Counted from the stretch's first letter, positions 26,470-36,542 are shown. The stretch is DNA of 64,000 bases from an uncultured Candidatus Saccharibacteria bacterium (GCA_964498035.1 CAZCFW010000001.1:57286-121285), one strand, 5' to 3'. A program made the numbers and translations. The notes: a model not told the origin generated them from the sequence alone.

Positions 26470-27612
26470 TTATTTTTGTGTCGAGAATTCGATTTGTTCA
26501 TACAGTGCATTTGGTTTTTTATAAAACCACGCCCATTCCTTATCACCATATGAATAATGCCACCATTCGCCGTAATACGGCGCAAAACCTTCTTCCACCA
26601 TGAGGTCATGCAGAAACATCCGGTTCCACATCTGTACCCCAGTGATTTTTTCAGAGTACATCTTGAATTTTTCCGGATCCCGAAAGTCGGCATATTCCGT
26701 TCCCATATCGAGATCACTATAATTTGAGATAGTTACATCCACAGCACCGCCAGTCGGATGACCAGCAGTTTCAGGATTAGCAACCATCGTGTTCGCAAGT
26801 TCATTTAATGAAACTTCATCCATAGCTAGGTGCTGTAAATGAAGGTCATCTTTTATCTTTTTAAACCATTCTCGTTGTATTCTTGGATGACGATACCCAT
26901 ACAGTACCTTGAGACGATAATTATTATGGTACTTTTTAAGCAATATTTGAGCAACAGCATCTAATTTCAATGCTATAGTTTCCCTAACCCAGATATCTTT
27001 CTCTAGGTAAGGAATATTCTCAGATTGGCTGTGTTCGCAGATACAACTCGTAAGTTCTTTAGATATATTGATCATCTTTTCTCCACATTCGATAGTGAGG
27101 ACTGTCTTCAGATCAATATATTTTGGAATTTTAGGCTTACCATTTTCTAAATCATCACTTTTGTATACAAGAGCAACCAACTCCTTACCCCACATACTTC
27201 TTGAAAGCCAGATGGTTCTTGATTCCCATCTGTTGGTCTGGGAAATGAACTGAATCAATTTTATACAAGTAATACCACGAACATTATCAAAAACATCCCC
27301 AAAAAAGCAAAGGGATTTCTTATTCTTGTATGGATTTAAAAAGAGCGCTACCTCAGGTTCATCCTGATAGGTAACCAAAAAGTTTGCCATATTTGAATTT
27401 AGAACAGCATATTCTGAACTCTTAATGACATACTGGTAGAATTCATAACCACACTGACTTCGCTCACTATCCTCAATAAAGGGGTTGCTGATAATTTTAA
27501 GTGTTGTAGGGTCAAACGGAATTCTTCCGCGTAGCCCATGTCGCGATACATGATCTATCCCATATTGAGAGAGATCAAAAGTTTCTGAACTAAGATCAAT
27601 TTTTTCTTTCAT
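26470..27612 (-). CDS. two-domain protein with an unknown N-terminal domain fused to a VanX-like D-Ala-D-Ala dipeptidase (peptidase M15D) domain
   Basis: The C-terminal 170 aa carry VanX zinc-site motifs LYGYRHPRIQ, GHPTGGAVDVT (H..G.A.D) and YGEWWHYSYGD (EWWH). The N-terminal 200 aa have no recognisable motif. Confidence 0.6.
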   Translation of the reverse strand: MKEKIDLSSETFDLSQYGIDHVSRHGLRGRIPFDPTTLKIISNPFIEDSERSQCGYEFYQYVIKSSEYAVLNSNMANFLVTYQDEPEVALFLNPYKNKKSLCFFGDVFDNVRGITCIKLIQFISQTNRWESRTIWLSRSMWGKELVALVYKSDDLENGKPKIPKYIDLKTVLTIECGEKMINISKELTSCICEHSQSENIPYLEKDIWVRETIALKLDAVAQILLKKYHNNYRLKVLYGYRHPRIQREWFKKIKDDLHLQHLAMDEVSLNELANTMVANPETAGHPTGGAVDVTISNYSDLDMGTEYADFRDPEKFKMYSEKITGVQMWNRMFLHDLMVEEGFAPYYGEWWHYSYGDKEWAWFYKKPNALYEQIEFSTQK

Positions 27613-27779
27613 TGATTTGAGGTAATAAATTAAATTTTCAAAGAACCACTAGGTAGGTTCGTTCTCCTTGAAATTTTTGTGAAGGTGAGTATTTCAAACT
27701 CTCCGTTTAGTGCTGTACCCGTACAGAAGTAAACAATATATATTTTTCTTAAGGACTGAACCTCTTGCCTGTAAATAAC

Positions 27780-27805
27780 AAAAGCGACCATTTGAGGTCG
27801 CTTTT
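27780..27805. terminator. hairpin terminator (aaaagcgacc-atttga-ggtcgctttt), probably the dnaJ 3' end
   Basis: Perfect 10-bp stem including the A/T flanks, with T-runs on both strands. Confidence 0.5.
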
Positions 27806-27978
27806 GAAAATTCGTAATTTTGTTTTTGAATTTTGGAGATTTATTTATACACAAACTCTCACAAGCGCCCTCAAATTTTGAGTCGCTCTTCGACGGTTAT
27901 TTATCTGTGCATGAATGTAATTCATAATTTATATATAACACTTGCCAAACTAAATGTAAATGTTTTAATTGTGGATAA

Positions 27979-29097
27979 CTATATTCCCTCTTTTTTTAAA
28001 TCTTCGAGGAGTTCTTTGGATTTCTTTGAAAGCTTCGTTGGTATCTTGATCTGGATACGGAGGATGATGTCGCCACGGCGAGAGAGACTGCCACCTTGAG
28101 GCACACCTTTACCTCGCACACGTAGGAGTTCACCATGGTTCACACCTTCTGGGATTGTGACGTCCATGTCGCCATCAAGAGTTTTAAGTTTATATTCAAA
28201 TCCTAGGATTGCATCTGTAAGCTTAATCGGCAAGTCCATCATGAGGTTTGATCCGTCGCGTCTGAAAATAGAGTGTGACTTTACATTTACTTTTATATAT
28301 AGGTCGCCTGTCTGGCCATGAGAGATGGCTTCACCTTTGCCAGTCATTCTTATCATCTCGCCATTGTTTATGCCAGCTGGAATTGCAATGCTGATGTCTT
28401 CCTGCTTATTGTGTACACCTTTGCCTTTACACTCACTACACTTTTCATTTGGAATTTTTCCGGCGCCGTGGCAGTGCTCACACACACGAGCCGTCTCAAA
28501 CGTGCCGAGAATAGAACGCTTCATCTCACGCACTTGGCCTTTTCCATTACAAGTTTTGCAGGTGTCCATCTTTGTTCCTGCTTTTGCTCCGCTACCACTA
28601 CAAGTATCGCATGTGGACTGCTTGCTGATGAGCACAGAGCGCTTCACGCCGAAAATTGACTCCTCAAAGGAAATATCTATCTCAGTAGAAATATCGCGCC
28701 CACGGGCCGCTTGGCCTCGAGAACGGCCACCCATGCCTCCACCTCCGAAAAATTCTCCGAAGATGTCGCCAATGTCGCCCATATCAAACTCCACTCCGCC
28801 TCCTTGCTGGAATCCAGAGAAATCAAATCCACCGAAGCCACCTCCGCCTTGATTGAATCCGCCGTATCCTTGGCCTCCGCCCATATTTGGGCCTGCGCTA
28901 CCGAACCTGTCGTACTGCGCGCGCTTCTGGTCGTCCGATAGAGTCTGATAAGCCTCATTCACTTCCTTGAACTTCGAATCATCACCCTTATTTTTATCAG
29001 GATGGTATTTATGCGCGAGTTTATGATAGGCCTTTTTCATTTCGTCCTTACTCGCACCCTTATTTACTCCCAATATTTCGTAGTAATCTTTAGACAT
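27979..29097 (-). CDS. dnaJ: molecular chaperone DnaJ
   Basis: J-domain [32 protein letters not shown] with HPD, a G/F-rich region, four CxxCxGxG zinc-finger repeats and a C-terminal domain. Confidence 0.9.
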   Translation of the reverse strand: MSKDYYEILGVNKGASKDEMKKAYHKLAHKYHPDKNKGDDSKFKEVNEAYQTLSDDQKRAQYDRFGSAGPNMGGGQGYGGFNQGGGGFGGFDFSGFQQGGGVEFDMGDIGDIFGEFFGGGGMGGRSRGQAARGRDISTEIDISFEESIFGVKRSVLISKQSTCDTCSGSGAKAGTKMDTCKTCNGKGQVREMKRSILGTFETARVCEHCHGAGKIPNEKCSECKGKGVHNKQEDISIAIPAGINNGEMIRMTGKGEAISHGQTGDLYIKVNVKSHSIFRRDGSNLMMDLPIKLTDAILGFEYKLKTLDGDMDVTIPEGVNHGELLRVRGKGVPQGGSLSRRGDIILRIQIKIPTKLSKKSKELLEDLKKEGI

Positions 29098-29125
29098 TTT
29101 TAAATTATACCTAAGTTATAATGAT

Positions 29126-29153
29126 TTGACAAATATGCATTTTAATATATAAT
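29126..29153 (+). promoter_or_regulatory. near-consensus promoter TTGACA-N16-TATAAT upstream of the methyltransferase gene
   Basis: TTGACA at 29126-29131 and TATAAT at 29148-29153. Confidence 0.5.
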
Positions 29154-29194
29154 ACTAAAAAATAACATAATCAATAAACCTAATCTAACCCCAC

Positions 29195-29833
29195 ATGAAA
29201 GCATCAAAACTTTGGCTCACTGACGAGAGCGCTCTTGGATACAGAGCAAGTCACTTCAATTTTATCTGCGCTTATAAAAGTATTCAGACTTTTACTAAGC
29301 TATTAGTTAATGAAGAGAAAATTGAAAAACCAATCGCACCTGAAATCATTGTGGATCTTGGTTGCGGAGTAGGTTTTACAACGAATTTACTAGCAAAAAT
29401 AGATTCATGTAAAAAAGTTATCGGGATTGATTCATCGCCAGCAATGTTAAAAATTGCTACTACCCAACCAAAACTTATGGATCCAAACTTTTTCTTACCT
29501 AAAAAACTTGATCTCGAAGTCGACCCGATTGATTTAGATACAGAAACGGTTGATATGGTCACTTCTTTTGCAGTGTTATCTTACCTTGAAAAAATAGAGA
29601 ATGTATTTAAAGAAACGTCACGCATTTTAAAACCTGGTCAATATTTTGGATTCGATTTACTTATCCATGATAAGCATATTAATGCTATCAAGGTGAATGA
29701 TAAAACCACATCGACTGAATACTTTTCACACCGGGCTGATGTTATTAAATATTTGTTAGAAAATCAAAAATTTAATTTTATATCATCCTCAAAGGAATCA
29801 AAGTTGACTACTTTCCTATTTCAAAAAAAATGA
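29195..29833 (+). CDS. class I SAM-dependent methyltransferase
   Basis: Motif I IVDLGCGVGFTT and a post-I acidic residue (IGIDSS). Confidence 0.65.
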   Translation: MKASKLWLTDESALGYRASHFNFICAYKSIQTFTKLLVNEEKIEKPIAPEIIVDLGCGVGFTTNLLAKIDSCKKVIGIDSSPAMLKIATTQPKLMDPNFFLPKKLDLEVDPIDLDTETVDMVTSFAVLSYLEKIENVFKETSRILKPGQYFGFDLLIHDKHINAIKVNDKTTSTEYFSHRADVIKYLLENQKFNFISSSKESKLTTFLFQKK

Positions 29834-29883
29834 AATAACAAAAGCGATATTTGCCTAAAAACAAATATCGCTTTTATTTTTAT

Positions 29884-31758
29884 CTATTTATTCTCTCCAG
29901 AATCCTTCGCTTCAGCGTCCTTTATTTCTTCTGCTTGCGGTTCTGCAGTTGTGCCGGCTTTTTGCATAGCTTCACCGATTTTAGACATTTCTGTTGAAAG
30001 TTCTTCCACAGCTTTCTTGATAGCGTCGATGTCTGTGCCACCGTTCGCAACGCGAACTGCTGCAATCTTCTCTTCCACACTAGTCTTCAGACTTGCATCC
30101 ACTTTGTCGCCATATTCTTTAATAGATTTCTCAGCAGAAAAGATTATCATTTCTGCAGAATTCTTTTCGTCTACGAATGCTTTCTTCTTCGCATCTTCAT
30201 CGGCGTGGATTTCTGCATCCTGTTGCATCTTCTTGATGTCAGCATCAGTGAGGCCTGAGCCGGCTTCAATACGGATGGTCTGCTTCTTGCCACTTGTCTT
30301 TTCCATTGCAGTCACATTTAGGATTCCGTTGGCATCCACATCAAATGTCACTTCCACTTGTGGCATTCCGCGTGGTGATGGTGGAATACCATCGAGGATG
30401 AATTTACCGAGGGATTTGTTGTCGCTTGCCATTGGGCGCTCACCTTGAGTAATGTGAATTTCCACACTTGTCTGATTGTCTGCAGCTGTAGAGAAAATTT
30501 GAGACTTTGAAGATGGGATAGTAGTATTTCTCTCCACGAGTTTCGTTGCCACGCCTCCTAGAGTTTCGATTCCGAGAGAAAGTGGGATCACATCAAGAAG
30601 GAGCACATCTTTCACATCACCTTGAAGCACACCTGCTTGCACTGCAGCTCCGAGAGCCACCACTTCATCAGGATTGATTGAACGATTTGGTTCTTTGCCG
30701 TTAAATAATTTCTTCACAGCTTCCACTATCGCTGGCATTCTTGTCTGACCTCCAACCATTATGATTTCATTTATTTCACCAATTTTAAATGGAGATGCGT
30801 CCATAGCGCGCTTTGTGATCTCGATAGATTGATCGATAAATTCTTGTGAAAGAGATTCGAGCTGAGCACGAGTCATCTTCTGCACAAGGTGCTCTGGGCC
30901 GTTTGCACCACTTGTGATGAATGGAATATTCACTTCTGTTTCTGGAGTTGTCGAAAGCTCAATCTTCGCTTTTTCAGCTGCTTCGTCTAAGCGCTGTAGT
31001 GCAAGAGGATCTTTACTGATATCAAGGCCAGTAGACTTCTTGAATTCTTCTGCAAGCCAGTTAATTATCTTCTGGTCGATGTCACGGCCTCCCATGTGTG
31101 AGTCGCCATCTGTGGACTTCACTTCAATCACATCGTTTGAAACTTCAAGAACAGACACGTCGAATGTTCCTCCTCCGAAGTCGTACACCACAATCTTCTC
31201 TTCTTTCTTACTATCAAATCCATATGCAAGCGCTGCTGCAGTCGGTTCATTTATGATTCTCTTCACATCAAGTCCGGCAATGAGACCGGCATCCTTTGTG
31301 GCCTTTCTTTGTGAGTCGTTGAAGTAAGCAGGTACAGTGATGATAGCTTCTGTGATCTTCTCACCGAGCTTCGCTTCCACGTCTGCCTTAATCTTTGCAA
31401 GAATCATTGCAGAAATTTCTTCAGGGCGCTTGTATTCGCCACCTATAGCTACTTCCACTCCGCCATCTTTACCAGCTTGAATTTTAAATGGAGCAGTTTT
31501 CTGTGATTTCTGAATTTCTGGATCCTCAAAACGGTGACCCATGAATCTCTTAATACCGTAGATAGTATTCTGCGGATTTGTCACTGCCTGACGCTTCGCA
31601 AGAAGGCCCACCAAACGGTCACCATTCTTTCCGATCGCCACGATAGAAGGTGTGGTTCTCGCACCCTCAATATTCTCGATAATCTTTGGCTGTCCGCCTT
31701 CAATGATCGCTACTGCACTATTTGTTGTACCCAAGTCTATACCAATTATTTTTGACAT
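29884..31758 (-). CDS. dnaK: molecular chaperone DnaK (Hsp70)
   Basis: [23 protein letters not shown] and the full Hsp70 architecture over 624 aa. Confidence 0.95.
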   Translation of the reverse strand: MSKIIGIDLGTTNSAVAIIEGGQPKIIENIEGARTTPSIVAIGKNGDRLVGLLAKRQAVTNPQNTIYGIKRFMGHRFEDPEIQKSQKTAPFKIQAGKDGGVEVAIGGEYKRPEEISAMILAKIKADVEAKLGEKITEAIITVPAYFNDSQRKATKDAGLIAGLDVKRIINEPTAAALAYGFDSKKEEKIVVYDFGGGTFDVSVLEVSNDVIEVKSTDGDSHMGGRDIDQKIINWLAEEFKKSTGLDISKDPLALQRLDEAAEKAKIELSTTPETEVNIPFITSGANGPEHLVQKMTRAQLESLSQEFIDQSIEITKRAMDASPFKIGEINEIIMVGGQTRMPAIVEAVKKLFNGKEPNRSINPDEVVALGAAVQAGVLQGDVKDVLLLDVIPLSLGIETLGGVATKLVERNTTIPSSKSQIFSTAADNQTSVEIHITQGERPMASDNKSLGKFILDGIPPSPRGMPQVEVTFDVDANGILNVTAMEKTSGKKQTIRIEAGSGLTDADIKKMQQDAEIHADEDAKKKAFVDEKNSAEMIIFSAEKSIKEYGDKVDASLKTSVEEKIAAVRVANGGTDIDAIKKAVEELSTEMSKIGEAMQKAGTTAEPQAEEIKDAEAKDSGENK

Positions 31759-31787
31759 ATGTTTTAATTTAATTAATTATTAATAAT

Positions 31788-32219
31788 TTATTCTGATAAA
31801 TACATTTTTTCCAACTCACTAAATTCTTCTTTTGTTATTTTCTTATCACCTGTATATGCATAACAATACGGTGGCTCTTTAGCACTAGTATAAGTAGTAA
31901 TACAGGATGCTAACTTTGAATCTTCTGTAGCGTCAGAAATTAATACTGTTATTGAATCACGACCAACACTAGAAATTTCCACAATACATTTATTTAATTT
32001 AATATTATAGTGATTTGACCCAGAAATAGTATCATTTTCCCCTACTTTTTTCCAATCATTTACAGCATCTTTTTCTAATTGTAAGCATCTAGATTGGTTT
32101 GCAGATAAGGTTAGAGATGCTTTTTCTTTTGGTAAGAAAATTCCAAAATAGTAACCGATACTAATAGCAACTAAAACAACACCAGCTCCCAAAATATTTT
32201 TAATATCAATTTTCGTCAT
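31788..32219 (-). CDS. membrane-anchored hypothetical protein
   Basis: 143 aa with an N-terminal TM (ILGAGVVLVAISIGYYFGIFL). Fills the gap between the protease gene and dnaK. Confidence 0.4.
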   Translation of the reverse strand: MTKIDIKNILGAGVVLVAISIGYYFGIFLPKEKASLTLSANQSRCLQLEKDAVNDWKKVGENDTISGSNHYNIKLNKCIVEISSVGRDSITVLISDATEDSKLASCITTYTSAKEPPYCYAYTGDKKITKEEFSELEKMYLSE

Positions 32220-32256
32220 GTTTTATATAAATTAATTAATAATATAAATACTACGC

Positions 32257-33132
32257 TTATGTCGCTACATCAAACTTAATATTATGTTTATTTAATAATT
32301 TTACTATGGTTTTTGGGTGGACACCTATTCCGAGGTTTAAAAATTGATTTTCTTCAATTATTTTCTTATTTATCTCAACCATACCTTTAAAACCTAATGG
32401 TAAGGTTACATTTTGCGACTGTATAGCGTAAATATTTCCTTCTGTATCAAATATAGGCCCACCACTTTGTCCTTTTAAACCTGGAGAAGACGTTTCTAAG
32501 AACATAATATCCATTGATTGATCTTTTGTCTTTCCAGACAATATATCTCTCGTGTAAATACCTTCAATGGGAAATAATGCTACAGGCAATAGATTTTTGG
32601 GTAACTCAAAAAGTTTTGTAGTTTCGTTAAAAGTTGCTTTCACTTCTATGAATGGATAGCCGAGCTTACATAAACTTGTTCCGTATTGAATGTTATCTGG
32701 ATTAATTATTTTAGGAAAAACTTTTTGTTCTGCGAGAGTATTCCTATCAACTCTTATAAAAGCAATATCATGTTCTCCGTAAATAAAATGTTCCAAGACG
32801 GGAATTGTCTGCCCAGATAACATTATGGAAAAATTAGTTACCCACTTCGGATTAGGTTTTATCGCTTTCTGAAGAACTTGTCTTTCGTGATTTTTTATTT
32901 TTTTATCTTTATTTATCTTTTCAACTTTTTCATTATAAATTTTGATCTCGTTTTGGTGTTGTTGAAAAGCAATAGCTGCACCTAGGTTATGTGCTGCCGT
33001 AACCAACCATCCGTCATCATTAAGAACTATAAATGCACCTAATCCTGCTTCAATAGTCCCATCATGAAATTGTATCGCTACCACCAATGGATAAGTAAAA
33101 TTTTTTGCAATTTTGTAACCAGTTTTAAACAT
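32257..33132 (-). CDS. trypsin-like serine protease (S1 family, no PDZ domain)
   Basis: Catalytic triad blocks LVTAAHNL (His), DIAFIRVD (Asp) and GQSGGPIFD (Ser). Confidence 0.6.
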   Translation of the reverse strand: MFKTGYKIAKNFTYPLVVAIQFHDGTIEAGLGAFIVLNDDGWLVTAAHNLGAAIAFQQHQNEIKIYNEKVEKINKDKKIKNHERQVLQKAIKPNPKWVTNFSIMLSGQTIPVLEHFIYGEHDIAFIRVDRNTLAEQKVFPKIINPDNIQYGTSLCKLGYPFIEVKATFNETTKLFELPKNLLPVALFPIEGIYTRDILSGKTKDQSMDIMFLETSSPGLKGQSGGPIFDTEGNIYAIQSQNVTLPLGFKGMVEINKKIIEENQFLNLGIGVHPKTIVKLLNKHNIKFDVAT

Positions 33133-33163
33133 CTTTTGATTATATAGTTATTTTTTTATTTTA

Positions 33164-33193
33164 ACAAGTATTTCGTGACCGCTGAATACTTGT
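33164..33193. promoter_or_regulatory. 8-bp inverted repeat (acaagtat-N14-atacttgt) in the divergent promoter region
   Basis: Perfect inverted repeat about 25 nt upstream of the regulator ATG. Candidate operator. Confidence 0.3.
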
Positions 33194-33218
33194 ATAAATT
33201 GAGTATATATTATAAGAT

Positions 33219-33773
33219 ATGCTTATGTCAAACAAAAGCGATAATTCCCGAAAAATCATTAAGATATTGAGCCAAAAGCCAGCTGTAGCCATAGCTGATA
33301 TCACTAAGAATCTCAATCCTGTGGCGCAAGGACTGTCCTTGCGCCAAAAAGGCTATGCTATTACACGCTCTATCAAGGGGCTGGAAGAGGCAGGATTGAT
33401 AGAGAACATATCTTCTGGCCAAGGATTCTTTGCTCGCCTTACAAAAGAAGGCAAGAAAAAGGCTATGAGCATCAAGCTTGAGAGCGAAGATAGCTTAGTG
33501 AATACTACCTGGGATGGATACTGGCGTGTGATTCTCCTCGACCTACCAGAGAGTCGCAAGAGTGAGCGTGAATCTCTCCGCTACCTACTCAAAAAAGCCG
33601 GCTTCGTGTGCCTCAAGAATTCTGCATGGATCTCCCCTTACCCATTCGAGCATCTATTCACAAATATTAAAAAAGACCTCGGCCTCACAACCGAGCTCAT
33701 GATACTCGTCACTCGCCATGTAGACGAAATGACAGAGTCTTCCTTATTCGAACTTTTTAATTTCACAAAGTAA
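33219..33773 (+). CDS. putative winged-helix transcriptional regulator (PaaX-like C-terminal region)
   Basis: The N-terminal wHTH-like segment is KIIKILSQKPAVAIADITKNL...ITRSIKGLEEAGLIE. The C-terminal block is WDGYWRVILLDLPESRKSERESLRYLLKKAGFVCLKNSAWISP, as in PaaX-type repressors. Confidence 0.4.
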   Translation: MLMSNKSDNSRKIIKILSQKPAVAIADITKNLNPVAQGLSLRQKGYAITRSIKGLEEAGLIENISSGQGFFARLTKEGKKKAMSIKLESEDSLVNTTWDGYWRVILLDLPESRKSERESLRYLLKKAGFVCLKNSAWISPYPFEHLFTNIKKDLGLTTELMILVTRHVDEMTESSLFELFNFTK

Positions 33774-33811
33774 ATATTCTTGAACTTTATGTTTTGTGTA
33801 ATATCACTATG

Positions 33812-33825
33812 GAGACGGCCGTCTC
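33812..33825. terminator. perfect 14-bp GC-rich palindrome gagacggccgtctc between convergent genes, probably a bidirectional terminator stem
   Basis: Seen directly. Followed by A/T-rich sequence toward grpE. Confidence 0.4.
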
Positions 33826-33854
33826 TATTACGATAATATTTAAAAAAATAAAAA

Positions 33855-34457
33855 TTATTTTTTGTATTCGAAAACTACCACGCGGGCGGGGCGGATTATT
33901 TTGTCGCCGATTTTGTATCCGGATTGAGTGACAGATGAGATGGTGTGATCTTTTGACTCATCGGAAGTCTCAGTCGTGCTGATACTCTCGTGAAGATTTG
34001 GATCAAACTTCACTCCGATTTGATTTATTGGAGCCACATTATTTTCCTCAAGCACGCGGTAGAATTGTGAGCGAATGTACTCGATGCCGTTTCTCCAATT
34101 TGCATCCACCTTTTCCCAAGCTTCCTTATTGCTCATTGCCATATCGAAGCTATCTAGGACTGGAAGTAAATCCTCTATCATTGCAGTAGTCACATGAGTG
34201 CGAAGCTCTTTATACTTCTCACCTTCGCTCTTCTGTAGGTTCACATAGTCAGCTTTCGCTCTCTGCCAGCCTGTGAGGTACTCTTCCTTTTCTTTGCGAG
34301 CCTGCTTGAGATCTGCACGGAGCTTCTTTACCACATCCTTTGTAGGAAGTGCATCTCCGTCTTCAGTACTATCCACAAAAGTCACATCATCCTCAAATGA
34401 TTCTCCGTGTACAGTATCGTCTTCTATAGGTTTTTCCTCAATATTGTCATCATTCAT
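33855..34457 (-). CDS. grpE: nucleotide exchange factor GrpE
   Basis: Acidic N-terminus, then the coiled-coil segment LTGWQRAKADYVNLQKSEGE (the RxQAxFxNYRKR region), DPNLHESI and a C-terminal beta domain RPARVVV. Confidence 0.8.
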   Translation of the reverse strand: MNDDNIEEKPIEDDTVHGESFEDDVTFVDSTEDGDALPTKDVVKKLRADLKQARKEKEEYLTGWQRAKADYVNLQKSEGEKYKELRTHVTTAMIEDLLPVLDSFDMAMSNKEAWEKVDANWRNGIEYIRSQFYRVLEENNVAPINQIGVKFDPNLHESISTTETSDESKDHTISSVTQSGYKIGDKIIRPARVVVFEYKK

Positions 34458-34502
34458 GGTTCTAGTATAGCAAAAAACTGAGCTTTTTCAACTCGAAAAA
34501 TT

Positions 34503-35024
34503 TTATAAGTTTGAATGAACAACTATTTTAATATTGTCCGTAGTAGCACTAATTAGGGTAATTTTATATTCCGATACTATTCTACTTTTATTATTAACCG
34601 TTCCAACAGTAATCCATTGGGCAGAATCATCATCTCCCATTAGTTCTCCATCTAGGAGAGATAGCGTGGCAGAGATTTCTCCTGCCCATATACACTGCAC
34701 TCCAGTTGGACACATAGAATCTTCAATTTTAATTAGCGCAATTTTAAGACTATCCTTAAATTCTACGGTTTCATTTAATTTAAGATTAATTGGCGCATCA
34801 AATTTAACCTGCGGGTTAAAATTTTTAATGTCAGGACACTGTGCAAATTCGCAATTTAGACCTGACCTACCCACATATGAACCATCAGGGCACATCTTCG
34901 CATCCATAGTGCAAACCTTTTGTGAATTCTTCACTGGATTATATGCCGCCTTTTTATTTAATGCATATGCTAGAGTTCCACCTACTACTAAAAAACCTAT
35001 TATTAAAATTGTTAGTTTATTCAT
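34503..35024 (-). CDS. secreted or membrane-anchored hypothetical protein with a Cys-rich N-terminal region
   Basis: Signal anchor LTILIIGFLVVGG followed by a domain with 8 Cys. Confidence 0.4.
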   Translation of the reverse strand: MNKLTILIIGFLVVGGTLAYALNKKAAYNPVKNSQKVCTMDAKMCPDGSYVGRSGLNCEFAQCPDIKNFNPQVKFDAPINLKLNETVEFKDSLKIALIKIEDSMCPTGVQCIWAGEISATLSLLDGELMGDDDSAQWITVGTVNNKSRIVSEYKITLISATTDNIKIVVHSNL

Positions 35025-35099
35025 AGATACAGTATAGCACCTAAAATAGAAAAATCCGCTTGTGCAGATAAATCTACAAAGCGGACTTTGAATTAAAAA

Positions 35100-35570
35100 T
35101 TACTCAGCCTTAGTGAGGCTGATAGCACGTACAGGGTCATCTGTTTTGGTAGTCTCTACTACAGAAGTGTCCAAAACTGAAAACTCGGCAACCTTAATCA
35201 TATCACCGTAACCTGATTTACAATAGCACTTTCGATTGTACTCCTTTCCATTAACATACATTCTAGTGATCAATTGATGTTCAAAAAATGCTGTTTGAGC
35301 TTCAAAATTCAATTGTGTTTCGGAAAACCAATAATAGGTTTTTGATGAGTCAACATTAAGTTGTAGTAGTTCTTTCTCGAGCAGTTCTTTCGTATTGAGC
35401 AAATCTTTTCTCTCTTTGAGGGTTTGATCGTACTCCGCTTGAACAACTTTCTTTTTTGCATGATTTTGATACATGCGAGCTACTACTATAGCCAGCGAAA
35501 TAATCGCTCCTATCATTGCTAGCCTAATAATGATGGTGAAGGCCTTGTCGGAAAATTCTTCTTTTGTCAT
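35100..35570 (-). CDS. membrane-anchored hypothetical protein
   Basis: 156 aa with one TM (IIIRLAMIGAIISLAIVVA) and a charged coiled-coil-like segment. Confidence 0.4.
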   Translation of the reverse strand: MTKEEFSDKAFTIIIRLAMIGAIISLAIVVARMYQNHAKKKVVQAEYDQTLKERKDLLNTKELLEKELLQLNVDSSKTYYWFSETQLNFEAQTAFFEHQLITRMYVNGKEYNRKCYCKSGYGDMIKVAEFSVLDTSVVETTKTDDPVRAISLTKAE

Positions 35571-35720
35571 ATGTGTTTGGGTTTAGAAAATAGATATTAA
35601 GTGATCTCCATCTCCGTAAAGAATCAGAGATCACCTAACATTTAAAATTTAAAACCACCTTTTTAAAGAACTATAACTTACAACATTATATCACATAATA
35701 TAGATAAAGTCCAGCAAAAG

Positions 35721-35745
35721 AAAAACCCTTATAATAAGGGTTTTT
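35721..35745 (-). terminator. hairpin terminator ending the ribosomal (alpha) operon
   Basis: aaaaaccctta-taa-taagggttttt, about 20 nt after the rpsI stop. Confidence 0.6.
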
Positions 35746-35761
35746 CTTGGATATTTTAAAA

Positions 35762-36172
35762 TTAACGCTTGGACCATTGTGGTGCCTTACGGGCCTTCTT
35801 CATACCGAACTTCTTACGTTCAACTTGACGAGGGTCACGCTTAAGCATCTTTGCTTTCTTGAGTGTTGTACGGAGTTCTGCGTCGTGTTCTACGAGTGCG
35901 CGAGAGATTCCGTGGCGAACTGCTTCAGCTTGAGCATGTGAGCCACCACCTTTTGTAGTAACTACTACTTCAAACTTTGGAGTGCCACCTACTGCTGTGA
36001 ATGCATCGTTTATGATCTTCTTTAGTTCTGCTGTTGGGAAGTATACTGCAAAATCTTTGCCGTTGATTGTGTATGAAGTCTTACTAGCTGGAATGAGCTT
36101 CACTACAGCAGTAGCAGTCTTACGACGGCCGATTGCGCGAATGTATTCTTTTGTGTTTGCTTTCTTTTCCAT
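35762..36172 (-). CDS. rpsI: 30S ribosomal protein S9
   Basis: C-terminal ...RKAPQWSKR and core GGGSHAQAEAVRHGISRAL (the uS9 signature). Confidence 0.9.
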   Translation of the reverse strand: MEKKANTKEYIRAIGRRKTATAVVKLIPASKTSYTINGKDFAVYFPTAELKKIINDAFTAVGGTPKFEVVVTTKGGGSHAQAEAVRHGISRALVEHDAELRTTLKKAKMLKRDPRQVERKKFGMKKARKAPQWSKR

Positions 36173-36176
36173 AATA

Positions 36177-36542
36177 TTATTCTGTTACTGTTAAGTTCTT
36201 CATCATACCATCGCGTAGTTTGTTTGCTGGAAGCATGTTGAATATCGCAAGCTTGTATAGCTCTACGAAGCCTTTGTGAGTGATGATTGTGGCATTACTC
36301 TTAAGTTTAAGTCCTCCTGGGCGTCCAGAATACTTTTCATGCATTGTTTCAAGCTTTCTTTTCTCAGTCATCTTAGTCTTTGAAGCATTGATGATTGTAA
36401 CTTTTGTCTTTGGAGCAATGTTTGGAGAATAGTCTGGTGAATCCTTACCCATAAGCATTTTAGCTACCTCGGATGAGAGACGACCTAGAACTTTATCTGT
36501 TGCATCAACTGTGATTGTTTTGTTTGTCATATAATTATACAA
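36177..36542 (-). CDS. rplM: 50S ribosomal protein L13
   Basis: TITVDATDKVLGRLSSEVAKMLMGK is the uL13 N-terminal signature. The start is probably the MTNKT Met. Confidence 0.9.
   Translation of the reverse strand: MYNYMTNKTITVDATDKVLGRLSSEVAKMLMGKDSPDYSPNIAPKTKVTIINASKTKMTEKRKLETMHEKYSGRPGGLKLKSNATIITHKGFVELYKLAIFNMLPANKLRDGMMKNLTVTE

Noticed and set aside
26388-26717. 109-aa minus-strand ORF overlapping the racemase start and the dipeptidase 3' end
   Set aside because: It overlaps two motif-supported genes and contains the inter-gene hairpin. It is Cys/Lys/Arg-rich as expected from out-of-frame translation.
27638-27760. Searched the 366-bp gap for a tRNA gene
   Set aside because: No acceptor or T-arm pattern (GTTCRANYC) or cloverleaf could be built by eye. 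Left as an unassigned structured spacer.
28318-28958. Several 75-175-aa ORFs on both strands within 28318..28958
   Set aside because: All lie within dnaJ, whose frame is confirmed by the J-domain and CxxCxGxG repeats. The Pro/Ser-rich translations are typical antisense artefacts of the Gly-rich coding strand.
29951-31327. Plus-strand ORFs of 137-165 aa opposite dnaK
   Set aside because: Antisense to the highly conserved Hsp70 frame. Low-complexity Ser/Ala-rich translations.
33219-33773. Possibility that the 184-aa protein is a Cas2-like nuclease (the WDGYWRVILLDLPE block resembles Cas2 in a superficial way)
   Set aside because: No CRISPR repeats or other cas genes in the window, and it is twice the length of Cas2. 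A winged-helix, PaaX-like regulator is the more economical reading.
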